Notes: generated by a model not told the origin, from the letters alone. A DNA stretch of 64,000 nucleotides from Myxococcales bacterium (GCA_031423255.1 JANPFD010000042.1:24356-88355); one strand, 5' to 3'. Positions 25,209 to 34,445 are shown, numbered from the stretch's first letter. Program-made: numbers and translations.

Positions 25209-26525
25209 GTGGGGATGATGCGGATCTCATCCCTGGTGTTGCTGTCGGCCGTGGTGGCGTCGCCGGTGTTCGCGGCGGACCGAAAGCCCAATGTCATCAT
25301 CATCCTGGCCGACGATCTCGGGTACGGGGAACTGGGCGCCCAGGGCAACAAGGAGATCCCGACGCCACACACGGACTCCCTCGCGAAGAACGGCGTCCGC
25401 TTCACCACCGGGTACGTCGCGGCCACCTACTGCAGCCCGTCGCGCGCCGGCCTGATGACCGGACGCTACCCGACCCGCTTCGGGCACGAGTTCAACGGCC
25501 GCGGTCCGAACTTCGGGCTGTCGATGACCGAGACGACGATGGCCGACCGGATGAAGGCGCTGGGCTACGCCACGGCGGCCGTCGGCAAGTGGCACCTGGG
25601 CGACCAGCCGCACAACCGGCCGACGAAGCGCGGGTTCGACGAGTTCTTCGGGACGCTGGCCAACACGCCGTTCTTCCACCCGCAGCAGTTCGTGGACTCG
25701 CGCATCTCCGATGACGTGCGCGAGGTGAAGGACCCGGCCTTCTACACGACCGAACAGTATGGGAACCGCGCCGTCGACTTCATCGAGCGCAACAAGACGA
25801 AGCCCTTCTTCCTGTACTTGCCTTTCAATGCGCAGCACGCGCCGCTGGAGGCGACGCCGAAGTACATGGAGCGGGTCAAGGGAATCACCGACGAGAAGCG
25901 CCGGATCTTCGCGGCGATGATGATGGCGATGGACGATGCCATCGGGCGGGTTCTGGGCAAGGTCAAGGAGATCGGCCAGGAGCAGAACACCATCGTCTGG
26001 TACTTCTCGGACAACGGCGGGCCCACGAAATCGACCACCTCGAAGAATGGCCCGTTGCGCGGCTACAAGATGACGACGCTGGAAGGGGGCACCCGCGTCC
26101 CCTTCATGGTGCAGTGGAAGGGGACGCTCCCCGCCGGGCAGACCTACGCGAACCCGATCATCCAGCTCGACATCCTGCCGACCGTGCTGGCGGCCGTGGG
26201 CGGCAAGGTGGACCCGGCGGTCAAGCTGGACGGGGTGAACCTGCTCCCGTATCTGACGGGAAAGGACAAGGGCAAGCCGCACGAGACTCTGTACTGGAAG
26301 TACGGCAATCAGTGGGCGATCCGCCAGGGCGACTGGAAGCTGGTGGTGTCCAGCCTCGATGGCCCTGACCCGAAGCTGTTCAACCTGGCCAAGGACATCG
26401 GCGAGGCGAACGACAAGGCGGCCGCCGAGCCCGAGAAGGTCAAGCAGCTGACGGCGGCCTGGAACACCTGGGCCGCCGAGCAGAAGCCGGCCACGTGGGG
26501 TGCGTCCGAGAAGAAGGGGACGTAA
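25209..26525 (+). CDS. Sulfatase (arylsulfatase family), secreted
   Basis: Signal peptide. Formylglycine motif C-S-P-S-R (CSPSRAGLMTGRYP). 438 aa. Confidence 0.8.
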   Translation: MGMMRISSLVLLSAVVASPVFAADRKPNVIIILADDLGYGELGAQGNKEIPTPHTDSLAKNGVRFTTGYVAATYCSPSRAGLMTGRYPTRFGHEFNGRGPNFGLSMTETTMADRMKALGYATAAVGKWHLGDQPHNRPTKRGFDEFFGTLANTPFFHPQQFVDSRISDDVREVKDPAFYTTEQYGNRAVDFIERNKTKPFFLYLPFNAQHAPLEATPKYMERVKGITDEKRRIFAAMMMAMDDAIGRVLGKVKEIGQEQNTIVWYFSDNGGPTKSTTSKNGPLRGYKMTTLEGGTRVPFMVQWKGTLPAGQTYANPIIQLDILPTVLAAVGGKVDPAVKLDGVNLLPYLTGKDKGKPHETLYWKYGNQWAIRQGDWKLVVSSLDGPDPKLFNLAKDIGEANDKAAAEPEKVKQLTAAWNTWAAEQKPATWGASEKKGT

Positions 26526-27473
26526 TCACGTCGCCATCGTGACGGAATCCTCGCTGGCGAGGAACGACTCGATCTCGGCGGTGGTCGGCTGGGCGGCGGT
26601 GGCGCCGGCCCCGCGCGTCGACAGCGCGCCCGCGGCTGTCGCCCAGCGCAGGCTGTCGGTGAGCGGGCGCCCGCCAAGCCAAGCGTCCAGGAATCCGGCA
26701 TCGAACGCGGCGCCCGCGCCCGTGATGCTTGCGTGATCGACCTCGAACGTCGGCACGCGGAGCAACTCACCGCCCTCGAGAGTGGCGCATCCCTCCATGC
26801 CCAGCTTGGCGACGATCCGGGTGGGGCCGCGGGTCAACCGCCGCAGCGCGGGCTCGAGCGCCTCGTCCCCGGCCATCGCCAGCAACCCCGTCTCGTCGGG
26901 AAAGAAGAGATCCACCTCCGTCAGGGCGTCCAGGAGGTCGGCGCCCCACAGCTCCGCCGGATCGTAACCGGGGTCGAGCGATGTCGACAGCCCGGCTCGA
27001 CGGGCGGTCGCGAACAGCGCGCGCAGTCCCGGGCGCAGACCGGTCTGGAGAAAATACGACGACACGTGAAGGTGATGGAAGCCGTCGAGGGCGCTCGGAG
27101 GCACTTCCGCGGCCGTCAGCGCCGAGATGGTCCCGAGGTGCGTGACGAGCGCTCGATCCCGCGGTGAGGTGAGCGAGACGGTGATGCCGGTCTTCAGCGT
27201 CGGATCGCGGGCGATGCGGGCGACGTCGATCCCTTCCCGCCGCAACGCCTCGACACAGAAGTCACCCCACAGGTCCGCGCCGACCCTGCTGACGAAGGCC
27301 ACCTCGTTGCCCAGCCGCGCCAGCCCCACCGCGCAGTTTGCCGACGCGCCACCCAGGACCAGCGTCGCGTCCTCGACCAGAACTTCCGTGCCTGGCACCG
27401 CCTTGCACCGGTGGCCGGACATCACCAGGTCCGGATTGACCTCGCCCACGACGATGAACCGCTTGGCGCCCAT
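26526..27473 (-). CDS. PfkB-family carbohydrate kinase (ribokinase-like)
   Basis: GGASANCAVGLARLG N-terminal motif. C-terminal ITGAGAAFDAGF (DTxGAGD-type). Converges end to end with the sulfatase gene. Confidence 0.7.
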   Translation of the reverse strand: MGAKRFIVVGEVNPDLVMSGHRCKAVPGTEVLVEDATLVLGGASANCAVGLARLGNEVAFVSRVGADLWGDFCVEALRREGIDVARIARDPTLKTGITVSLTSPRDRALVTHLGTISALTAAEVPPSALDGFHHLHVSSYFLQTGLRPGLRALFATARRAGLSTSLDPGYDPAELWGADLLDALTEVDLFFPDETGLLAMAGDEALEPALRRLTRGPTRIVAKLGMEGCATLEGGELLRVPTFEVDHASITGAGAAFDAGFLDAWLGGRPLTDSLRWATAAGALSTRGAGATAAQPTTAEIESFLASEDSVTMAT

Positions 27474-27630
27474 ACCTCGAAGCCATTGTGCCTCTTGGAG
27501 GCCGCCAAGGCGATCACCTGATCAACGATCGCAGCCGACGCGCTCGGAGTGGAGAGCGCGATCGTCACGTTGTCTCTCACGCCCGATTCTGATGTACGAT
27601 GGCGCACCGCTTAGGTTGGAGGGATCGCAT

Positions 27631-29793
27631 ATGAAGTCGCTTGCGTTCGGAGTGCTCGCCTGTGTTGTCGCCGTCGGTTGCTCGTCGCCGAAAGCCACGG
27701 TCGTCAAGAAGGACGGCGGTGTCGATGCTGCGGCCGGTAGCGGCGGTTCCGGGGGCCGGGCCGGTAGCGGTGGCTCGGGCGGCCTTGGCGGCTCGGGTGG
27801 CAGCGGCGGCTCGGGCGGCAGCGGCGGTTCGGGTGGTGGCGGCACAGGTGGCGCGCGTGACGCGAGCGCCGACCTGCCGGCCGATCGTGCTCCCGACATG
27901 GCCGATCGCGCCCCTGACCGCGCGCCGGATAGCGCGCCCGACGCGGGTGTCGACATGCCTCAGGACATGTTCATCGCGCCCGATGTGGCTCCCGACGTGG
28001 CTCCCGACATGGCGCCCGACATGGCGCCCGACGCCCCGCCTCCGGTGGCCTGCACCACGGGTTGCTCGGGCCTCATCGGCGAGTACTACAACAACGCCGA
28101 TCTGACGGCGCTGCGGCTGGTGCGCGTCGATTCGCAGGTGAACTTCAACTGGGGCAACGGCAGCCCCGATCCGCTGATCGCCAACGACACCTTCGCGGTG
28201 CGCTGGACCGGCGAAGTGACCCCGCAGTTCACCGAGGGCTACCGCTTCTACGTCAGCTCGTCCGATGGCGCTCGCCTCTCGATCGACAACAATGTGGTCA
28301 TCGACAGGTGGGTGAACCAGGCTTTCACCGAGAACATGAGCGCTGCCGTCAACCTTCAGGCCGGGAAGGCCTACGCCATCAAGCTGGAGTACTACGAGAA
28401 CACCGGCGGCGCGCGGGTCGAACTGCGATGGGACAGCCCGTCGACGGCCAAGCAACTGATCCCCGCCTCGGCGCTGACGCACGCGGCGCCGGATCTATCG
28501 TCCGGGATGATCGGGTACTGGCGGTTCGAGGACGCGGCCGGAAGCGCGGCGCTGCTCGATTCGTCGGGGAAGAACAACCACCTCACTCCCACGGCGCTGA
28601 TCGCGGCCGATTGGAAGACCGGGGTCAGCGGCAATGCCATCCAGCTGACGTCGTCGCGCAAGACCTACCTGCGCGCGGCCGATTCCACCAGCCTGAACCC
28701 CACGACCGGCATCAGCCTGTCGCTGTGGGTGAACGCCAACGACTGGACGGGCACACCGACGCTGGTCTCGAAGGGTGACGGCAACAACCAGTTCCGGCTG
28801 TCATCTGACGGCACATCGTTGCAATTCTCGGTGCGACTCGCGGGTGGGACCACCAACGCCACGGTCTCCGTGGCGCCGCCCACCACCGGCGCCTGGCACC
28901 ACATCCTGGGCACGTACGACGGCACCGCGGTGCGCCTGTTCATCGACGGCGCGGCGACCGAAGCGGTCAGCCCCGGAGCGATCGACGTCACGGCCGATCC
29001 TCTCACCATCGGCACGCGTAACGGCGCTACCCTGAGCCCCGACTTCTTCAACGGACAGGTGGACGAGGTGATCCTTTACAACCGGGCGCTGGCCTCTCAC
29101 GCGGCCGCCGCGCTGGCGGCGCGCACCTTCCCCACCCCGGCGTTGGAAGTCGGTCTTGTCGCCAACTGGAAGCTGGACGAGAGCGCCGGGACCACCGCCT
29201 CGGACAGCTCGGGTAACGGGAACAACGGCACGGCGGTCGGCATCATGCCGGCCACCGACTGGATCGCTGGGCCGACGGGCAAGGGCCGCGCGTTGAACCT
29301 GAACGGCACCACCGCGCACGTGCTGGTGGCGGATTCGGACAGCCTGGACGGCATCTCGGCCGGGATCACCATCTCGGCCTGGGTGTACCGTTCGGCCGAC
29401 AAGACCGGCCTCGCGCACGTCGTGTCCCGGCAGGTGGCCACCACCACCGCCGAGCACTACACGTTGGCGCTATCTGACAACCGCGCTTACTTCACGGGTC
29501 AGTTGCTGCCGATGGTCCTCGACGGCGCCACGGTGCCGCTCGCCACGTGGACGCACCTGGCGGCGACCTACGATGGCACCACCGCCAGGGTGTACGTCGG
29601 TGGTGCGCTCCAGGCCATGGGGACGACGGCCAGTCCCGTGATGTTCAACGTCGACAACTCGGCGGTGATCCTGGGCGGCAACCAGAACGACGGCACCGGC
29701 GTGGTGACCGAGCGGCTGCCGGGCGCCATCGATGAGGTGCGCCTCTACCGGCGCGCCCTGTCGGACGCCGAGGTCGCCGACCTCGCGCGCTGA
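27631..29793 (+). CDS. Secreted lipoprotein with a PA14 domain and three LamG/concanavalin-A-like domains
   Basis: RBS and ATG at 27631. Lipobox MKSLAFGVLACVVAVGC. GSGGSGG linker. (A/M)PD repeats. PA14 domain (GLIGEYYNN...FAVRWTGEV...YRFYVSSSDGARLSIDNNVVIDRW). Three repeats ending in the motif DEV(I/R)LY(N/R)RAL(A/S). Confidence 0.7.
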   Translation: MKSLAFGVLACVVAVGCSSPKATVVKKDGGVDAAAGSGGSGGRAGSGGSGGLGGSGGSGGSGGSGGSGGGGTGGARDASADLPADRAPDMADRAPDRAPDSAPDAGVDMPQDMFIAPDVAPDVAPDMAPDMAPDAPPPVACTTGCSGLIGEYYNNADLTALRLVRVDSQVNFNWGNGSPDPLIANDTFAVRWTGEVTPQFTEGYRFYVSSSDGARLSIDNNVVIDRWVNQAFTENMSAAVNLQAGKAYAIKLEYYENTGGARVELRWDSPSTAKQLIPASALTHAAPDLSSGMIGYWRFEDAAGSAALLDSSGKNNHLTPTALIAADWKTGVSGNAIQLTSSRKTYLRAADSTSLNPTTGISLSLWVNANDWTGTPTLVSKGDGNNQFRLSSDGTSLQFSVRLAGGTTNATVSVAPPTTGAWHHILGTYDGTAVRLFIDGAATEAVSPGAIDVTADPLTIGTRNGATLSPDFFNGQVDEVILYNRALASHAAAALAARTFPTPALEVGLVANWKLDESAGTTASDSSGNGNNGTAVGIMPATDWIAGPTGKGRALNLNGTTAHVLVADSDSLDGISAGITISAWVYRSADKTGLAHVVSRQVATTTAEHYTLALSDNRAYFTGQLLPMVLDGATVPLATWTHLAATYDGTTARVYVGGALQAMGTTASPVMFNVDNSAVILGGNQNDGTGVVTERLPGAIDEVRLYRRALSDAEVADLAR

Positions 29794-29812
29794 AGGTCCG
29801 GGCGGCCCCCGC

Positions 29813-29838
29813 CATATGTCAGGTCAACCTGACATATG
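29813..29838. promoter_or_regulatory. Perfect 11-bp inverted repeat with a 4-bp spacer (CATATGTCAGG-TCAA-CCTGACATATG), 16-41 nt upstream of the regulator gene that heads the mod locus. Candidate operator.
   Basis: Read directly from the sequence at 29813-29838, followed by TATAGG at 29839-29844 (possible -10) and the ATG at 29854. Confidence 0.5.
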
Positions 29839-29853
29839 GTATAGGGGCGCAAC

Positions 29854-30927
29854 ATGGTCAGAGCGGCCGTCCGAGACCTGCGGCAACGCGCGGGGTGGAA
29901 GCAACAGGAACTGGCGGCCCGGATCGGCGTCAGCCGGCAGGCGCTGAGCGCCATCGAGGCCGGCGAGACGGTTCCGTCGACGACGCTCGCGCTGGAGCTC
30001 GCGCGTGCGCTGGACTGCCGGGTCGAGGACCTGTTCGCGCTGGAGGATGGCGGCCGGAACATCGAGGCCACGCTGGTGGCGGAACGGCTGTCGAGCGGTC
30101 GGCGTCTGGCGCTGGGCCTGGTGGCAGGCCGCTGGCTGGCGCACCCGCTCGAGGGTGAGCCACTGGTGCCGGCGGATGCGATCGAAGCGGGACCGGGACG
30201 TTCGGGCCGCGTGTGCGTCGAGCCATTGCGCGATCGGGAGACGCTCCAGACCAACCTCCTGGTGGCGGGGTGCGATCCCGCCCTCGGCCTCCTGGCCGGG
30301 CACCTGGGGCAGGGCGTCCGGCCGCTCCGGCTGCACTGGTTCGAGCGCGCCAGCGGCGCCGCACTCGAGGGGCTGGCCCGGGGGGAGGTGCATCTGGCGG
30401 GCGCGCACCTCCACGACAATGTGGCGGCGGCGCGCGCCCGGTCGGGCGACCGGCCGATGGTGCTGGTGAACGTGGCTTCCTGGGAACAAGGCCTGGTCGT
30501 GGCGCCTGGCAACCCGAAGCGGATCCGGACCGCAGCCGATCTTGCGCGCGTGAGGGTGGTGACCCGCGAGGTGGGCGCCGGGGCGCGAGAGCTGCTCGAG
30601 CGACTCTTGAAGGAGGTGAAGGTGCGGCACTCCACGCTGCGCATCGTCGCCACGGCGGGAGGGCACCAGGCAGTCGCGCGGCTCGTCGCAGCGGGAAGCG
30701 CCGATGTCGGCGTGGCCACGCGTGCGGCCGCCGTGTCGTCGGGAATGGACTTCGTGCCCCTGGCCGTGGCGCGCTTCGATCTGGTGATCCCGACGGCCCT
30801 GGTGGCCGACCCTCGCGTGCAGCGCCTGATCGAGACGCTGGCAAGCCTGCGCTTCCGCCGCGAGCTGGGCGCGGTGCCCGGGTACGAGACCGGCCGCACG
30901 GGCGCCACCGTCGCCGAGGTCGCATGA
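29854..30927 (+). CDS. XRE-family HTH transcriptional regulator fused to a PBP-like substrate-binding domain (putative molybdate-responsive regulator)
   Basis: N-terminal HTH (WKQQELAARIGVSRQALSAIEAG). C-terminal periplasmic-binding-protein-like domain. Immediately upstream of modABC, with a 4-nt overlap to modA. Confidence 0.6.
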   Translation: MVRAAVRDLRQRAGWKQQELAARIGVSRQALSAIEAGETVPSTTLALELARALDCRVEDLFALEDGGRNIEATLVAERLSSGRRLALGLVAGRWLAHPLEGEPLVPADAIEAGPGRSGRVCVEPLRDRETLQTNLLVAGCDPALGLLAGHLGQGVRPLRLHWFERASGAALEGLARGEVHLAGAHLHDNVAAARARSGDRPMVLVNVASWEQGLVVAPGNPKRIRTAADLARVRVVTREVGAGARELLERLLKEVKVRHSTLRIVATAGGHQAVARLVAAGSADVGVATRAAAVSSGMDFVPLAVARFDLVIPTALVADPRVQRLIETLASLRFRRELGAVPGYETGRTGATVAEVA

Positions 30928-31631
30928 GGATCCTGTTTGTCGTCTTCCTGATGCTCGGTTGCCGTCGGTCGGAGACGCCACCGCTGAGGGTGGCGGCCGC
31001 GTCCGACCTGACGGTCGCCTTCGAGGAGATCGGGCGGCAGTTCCAGGCGCGCACCGGACAGGCGGTCGTCTTCTCGTTCGGCTCGACCGGCCTTCTCGCC
31101 AAGCAGATAGCCCAGGGAGCTCCGTTCGACGTGTTCGCGGCGGCAAACATCGCCTTCGTCGACGAGGTGGTGAAGGCGGGCGCGTGCGACGGCACCAGCA
31201 AGCGGCCGTACGCCCGCGGTCGCGTCATCGTATGGGCGCGCAAGGGTTCGGGGCCGAAGCAGCTGACGGACCTGGTCGAGCCGCGCTTCGCGAAGATCGC
31301 CATCGCCAACCCCGAGCACGCTCCGTACGGCCGTGCCGCCCGGCAGGCGCTGGAGGCATCGGGGATCTGGGAGCGCCTGCAGGGCAAGCTGGTGTTCGGC
31401 GAGAACGTCCAGCAGACGTTGAAGTACGCGCAGACCGGAAACGTGGACGCCGCCATCGTTGCTCTGTCGCTGGCCGCGGAGGGCGACCGCCTGGTGATCG
31501 ACGAGCAACTCCACGAGCCCCTCGTGCAGGCGATGGTGGTGTGCCGGGAACCCGGGCAGGCCTTCGTCGATCTCGTGCTGTCGCCCGACGGGCGCGCGGT
31601 GCTGGACAGAGCCGGGTTCGCCCGGCCGTGA
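30924..31631 (+). CDS. modA: Molybdate ABC transporter substrate-binding protein
   Basis: Signal/lipobox MRILFVVFLMLGC. ModA-like segments (VFSFGSTGLLAKQI, PYGRAARQALEASGIW, NVDAAIVALS). Confidence 0.8.
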   Translation: MRILFVVFLMLGCRRSETPPLRVAAASDLTVAFEEIGRQFQARTGQAVVFSFGSTGLLAKQIAQGAPFDVFAAANIAFVDEVVKAGACDGTSKRPYARGRVIVWARKGSGPKQLTDLVEPRFAKIAIANPEHAPYGRAARQALEASGIWERLQGKLVFGENVQQTLKYAQTGNVDAAIVALSLAAEGDRLVIDEQLHEPLVQAMVVCREPGQAFVDLVLSPDGRAVLDRAGFARP

Positions 31632-32287
31632 CCTGGCAGCCCCTGGTCCTGTCGTTCCAGGTGGCGGCCGCCGCCACGGTCATTGCCGGGGTCATCGGCA
31701 TCGCGCTCGGTGCCTGGCTTGCCCTGTGGCGGTTCCCTGGGCGGGATCTCGTCGACGTGCTGGTGACGAGCCCCCTCCTGGTCCCGCCGACGGTGCTCGG
31801 CTACTACGTGCTGGTGGCCATCGGCCAGCACAGTCCGGTGGGCCGGCTCTACCACGCGCTCACCGGGGGCACGCTGGTCTTCTCTCGCGCCGGCGTGATC
31901 GTCGCGGCGACCCTGGGCGCTCTGCCCTTCGTGGCCAAGGCAGCGCGTGCGGCCATCGAAGCGGTCGATCCGGCGCTGGCGCGCGCTGCCCGGACGCTGG
32001 GCGCAAGCCCGTGGCGCGCGTTCACCACCGTGGTGCTGCCGCTGGCCAGCCGCGGGATAGCAGCGGGTCTGATGCTCGGCTTCGCCCGCGCGCTCGGAGA
32101 CTTCGGCGTCACCTTGATGGTGGCCGGCGACATCCCGGGCGAGACGCAGACCGCGTCGCTGGCGATCTACGACGCCATCCAGGCCAGCCGCGAGGCCGAC
32201 GCCGCGGGGATGATCGCCGTGCTGAGCGCGCTGGCGTGCGCGGTGCTGTACGCCGCCAACAAGCTGACGAGGCCGCGCCATGGCTGA
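31628..32287 (+). CDS. modB: Molybdate ABC transporter permease
   Basis: ABC permease EAA-type loop (ASRTLGASPWRAFTTVVLPLA). 5-6 transmembrane segments. GTG start overlapping the modA stop. Confidence 0.8.
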   Translation: MTWQPLVLSFQVAAAATVIAGVIGIALGAWLALWRFPGRDLVDVLVTSPLLVPPTVLGYYVLVAIGQHSPVGRLYHALTGGTLVFSRAGVIVAATLGALPFVAKAARAAIEAVDPALARAARTLGASPWRAFTTVVLPLASRGIAAGLMLGFARALGDFGVTLMVAGDIPGETQTASLAIYDAIQASREADAAGMIAVLSALACAVLYAANKLTRPRHG

Positions 32288-32957
32288 GACGCTGGACGTG
32301 TGCGTGCGCGTGCGACCGTCGCGGAAGAGCCCCTTCGTCGTCGACGCGGCCTTCTCGGTGCCGCCGGGCATCACCATCCTGTTCGGCCCATCGGGCGCGG
32401 GCAAGAGCACCACCTTGGCGGCGATCGCCGGGTTGCTCGTGCCCGAGGCGGGACGCATCCGCGTCGGCGAGGAGGTCTGGTTCGATCACGACGCCCGCGT
32501 GGATCGCCCGGCACACCGGCGCGGCGTGGGCCTGGTGTTCCAGTCGCTGGCGCTGTTCCCACACCTGACGGCGCTCGCCAACGTGGCCTACGGGATCGGC
32601 AAGACACCCGACCGCGAACAGCGCGCCCGCCGCTTGTTACAGAAGATGCGTGTCGAGCACCTGGCCGAACGACACCCGGTGACCTTCTCGGGCGGCGAGG
32701 CCCAGCGCGTGGCGCTTGCGCGTGCCTTCGCCATCGGGCCGCGGGTGCTGCTGCTCGACGAGGCGTTCTCGGCGATGGACGAGCCGCTACGACGCGAGCT
32801 TCAGGCCGACGTCCGCGCCTTCGTCGACGAGGCCCGCATCCCCGTCCTGCAGATCACGCACCACCGCGAAGAAGCGCGGGCGCTGGGCGATCGCGTGGTC
32901 GTCCTCGAGGACGGCCGCGTGAAGGCCGCGGGGTCCACGACCTTACTGACAGGCTGA
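32280..32957 (+). CDS. modC: Molybdate ABC transporter ATP-binding protein
   Basis: Walker A GPSGAGKST. ABC signature SGGEAQRVALARA. Walker B LLLDEAFSAMD. Confidence 0.8.
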   Translation: MAETLDVCVRVRPSRKSPFVVDAAFSVPPGITILFGPSGAGKSTTLAAIAGLLVPEAGRIRVGEEVWFDHDARVDRPAHRRGVGLVFQSLALFPHLTALANVAYGIGKTPDREQRARRLLQKMRVEHLAERHPVTFSGGEAQRVALARAFAIGPRVLLLDEAFSAMDEPLRRELQADVRAFVDEARIPVLQITHHREEARALGDRVVVLEDGRVKAAGSTTLLTG

Positions 32958-34352
32958 TGTGCCGTTGACCGGATCGGTCACGCAGACCGCCGGGCTCAGG
33001 CAGATGCTGCCCTCGCAGCAGCGCTGGCCGGGTTGACCGCAGGCGACGCAGATGGCGGCGCGCTTGCCGCCCTCGCACGCGGTGCCCGGCGCCGAGCAGT
33101 AGCGCAGACCGCTGTTCGAGCAGCACTGCTGTCCGAGGCCGCCGCAGTTGGTGCAGGACGCCTCGGCGGTGCAGATGCCGTCGCCGCCCGCCCCGTCGCA
33201 GTCGGTGCCGACGGGCATGCACTTGCCGTTCTGGACGCGGCACATGCCGGTCTGGCAGACGTTGCCGGCGCAGGCGATCTGGCCGGCGCCGCCACACGGC
33301 GTGCACGTGCCGAACCCGTCGCCCTGGCAGGTCTCGCCGCCGTTGGCGCAGCGCCGTCCCGCGCAGCAGGGCTGGCCCGAACCGCCGCACCCCGAGCAGC
33401 GCCCGTCGTTGCAGATGTTGTCGATGCCGCCGCACGACTGTTTCGCTCCCACGCACACCGCCGAGCGTCCGGTGCCGACGCAGCAGGCGCCGCCCGCGCA
33501 GGTCTCGCCCAGGCAGCAGGGCTGGCTGGCGCCGCCGCACGCGCGGCAGCGGCTGTCGGTGCCGCATTCCAGCCTGGCGTTGCCGCAGGTGCGGTTCGCG
33601 CAGCAGGGCTGGTCCGGGCCGCCACAGGCCAGGCACGTCCCGGCGACGCAGGCCTTGCCGTCGGCGCACAGGTTCGACTGGCAGCACGTCTGGTTCAGGC
33701 CGCCGCAGCCGCTGCAGCCGCTGGCCGAGCACATGCCACCGTTGGTGTAGCTGGCGTTCGTGCAGGTGCCGCCCGAGGCGACGCAGGTGTTCGCGGCCCC
33801 GGCGCAGCAGCCGCCCGAGTTGCACGCTGACTTTGCGCAGCAGGGCTGGCCCGGTCCGCCGCATCCGGCGCAGACGCCGTCCTTGCAGATGTGCCCACCA
33901 CTGCAGCTGCCATCATCACAGCAGGGCTGGTCCTTGCCGCCGCAGGTGGCGCAGACCCCGCCGTTGCAAGTGGTGTTCGGGGCCGTGCACGCGAAGCCGG
34001 CGCAACAGGTCTGGCCGAGCCCGCCGCAGGTGCCGCACGAACCGGTCTTGCAGGCCATACCCGAGGCGCCACACAGCTGACCAGGAGCCACGCAGCGATC
34101 GACGTAGCAGCAGCCGCCATCCTTGCAGCTGTTGCCCGTGCAGCACGCTTGGCCAGGTCCGCCGCAGCCGCTGCCGGGCAGCGAGGGCAGGGGGCTGTCC
34201 GTCGTGGTCGGGCCGTCGCTGGTGCCGCCGGTTCCGCCCGAGCGGGGGTTCGGCGTGCCGCCATCGTCCAGCTGGCTCTGTGCCACCGGATCGTAGTCCT
34301 TACCGCAACCAACCAGCAATGCGATCGCCATCACCCAAGCGTGTCTCGTCAT
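32943..34352 (-). CDS. Lipoprotein made of about 15 tandem cysteine-rich repeats (CGG-x-GQ-x-CC ... C ... C)
   Basis: Lipobox MTRHAWVMAIALLVGC. Thr/Gly-rich linker. Then repeated about 28-30-aa units, each with C-G-G-(P/L/S)-G-Q-x-C-C followed by 2-3 further Cys (for example CGGPGQACCTGNSCKDGGCC; CGGLGQTCCAGFACTAPNTTCNGGVC). The track ORF is over-extended 5' into the sulfatase gene. Confidence 0.55.
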   Translation of the reverse strand: MTRHAWVMAIALLVGCGKDYDPVAQSQLDDGGTPNPRSGGTGGTSDGPTTTDSPLPSLPGSGCGGPGQACCTGNSCKDGGCCYVDRCVAPGQLCGASGMACKTGSCGTCGGLGQTCCAGFACTAPNTTCNGGVCATCGGKDQPCCDDGSCSGGHICKDGVCAGCGGPGQPCCAKSACNSGGCCAGAANTCVASGGTCTNASYTNGGMCSASGCSGCGGLNQTCCQSNLCADGKACVAGTCLACGGPDQPCCANRTCGNARLECGTDSRCRACGGASQPCCLGETCAGGACCVGTGRSAVCVGAKQSCGGIDNICNDGRCSGCGGSGQPCCAGRRCANGGETCQGDGFGTCTPCGGAGQIACAGNVCQTGMCRVQNGKCMPVGTDCDGAGGDGICTAEASCTNCGGLGQQCCSNSGLRYCSAPGTACEGGKRAAICVACGQPGQRCCEGSICLSPAVCVTDPVNGTSACQ

Positions 34353-34445
34353 GTTCCCGAACCTCTCCTCGATCCGGGGTGGGGTTGATTGTCGGTCGTC
34401 GGTAGCCCCTTGCGCCGTGGTCGCTCCGGAACTAGCGTCGCGGCC

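Noticed and set aside
27735-27840. Tandem nucleotide repeats (ggcggctcgggcggcagc...) that could suggest a CRISPR or VNTR
   Set aside because: They encode the GSGGSGG linker of the PA14/LamG protein. There are no spacer-repeat alternation and no cas genes, so this is not CRISPR.
32996-34405. Ala/Pro-rich ORFs on both strands within 32996-34405
   Set aside because: They are reading-frame echoes of the Cys-repeat gene: GC-rich repeats give open frames in several phases.
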